Part shown: piece after piece, positions 62,199-62,519 of the stretch
Position numbering within the stretch: position 1 is the stretch's first letter
How the letters are laid out: every line of letters starts with the position of its first letter
Origin: Negaprion brevirostris
Lineage: Eukaryota
DNA length: 62,519 nt
NCBI GenBank assembly: GCA_030324005.1
Contig: JARDVH010000193.1
Span: 99,076,511-99,139,029, forward strand
Direction of reading: 5' to 3'
Notes under the pieces: model-generated
Databases searched by the model: none
Told to the model about the DNA's origin: nothing
The model's input: only the letters and a program-made list of their open reading frames with translations
Translations under genes and position numbers: made by a program

Positions 62199-62519
62199 CA
62201 TCTCGCCAAGGCCATCCCCACACCCCCCACTACTTGCCTTCAAACAACCATGCAATCTCAAACAGACCATTGTTCACAGCAACTACCCAGCCTTCAGGAG
62301 AACAGTGACCACAATACCACACAACCCTGCCACAGCAATCTCTGCAAGACATGTCGGATCATTGACATGGATGCCATCATCTCACATGAGAACACTGTCC
62401 ACCAGGTACAGAGTACATACTCGTACAGCTCGGCCAACATTGTCTGTCTGATATGCTGCAGGAAAGGATGTGCCTAGGCATGGTACATCAGCGAGTCCAT
62501 GCATCGGATGAATCGACGT
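62199..62519 (+). pseudogene. Penelope-like retroelement ORF remnant: linker and GIY-YIG endonuclease, runs off window
   Basis: Across two frameshifts and a stop: HLAKAIPTP/PLLAFKQPCNLKQTIVHS/LPSLQENSDHNTTQPCHSNLCKTCRIID…SSANIVCLICCRKGCA*AWYISES.HRMN (PC…CKTC linker, decayed VY…YIGE motifs). Confidence 0.9.

Overview
Vertebrate non-coding DNA from a gapped draft assembly, almost certainly a shark (inferred from about 12 HE1-type V-SINEs and Deu-domain SINEs). No host protein-coding gene, rRNA, tRNA gene or CRISPR array is recognisable, and the six-frame ORFs are N-runs, chance ORFs or transposon remnants. The window reads as a gene desert or very large intron densely populated by decayed TEs: CR1, L2 and Rex1/Babar LINE fragments, three SINE types, PIF/Harbinger-type DNA elements and MITEs (including a Myb/SANT gene remnant), a possible solo LTR, and Penelope-like elements (two GIY-YIG ORF remnants). 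The most notable signal is two families of short palindromic Penelope-type repeats carrying minimal hammerhead-ribozyme-like cores, one copy complete with a 10-bp TSD. Other signals are a tail-switched V-SINE subfamily, an unexplained 121-bp inverted repeat, a 68-nt near-perfect hairpin, several TE-free CNE-like blocks and one candidate exon. Family names come from motif recognition by eye, not database searches. Boundaries of old repeats are approximate.
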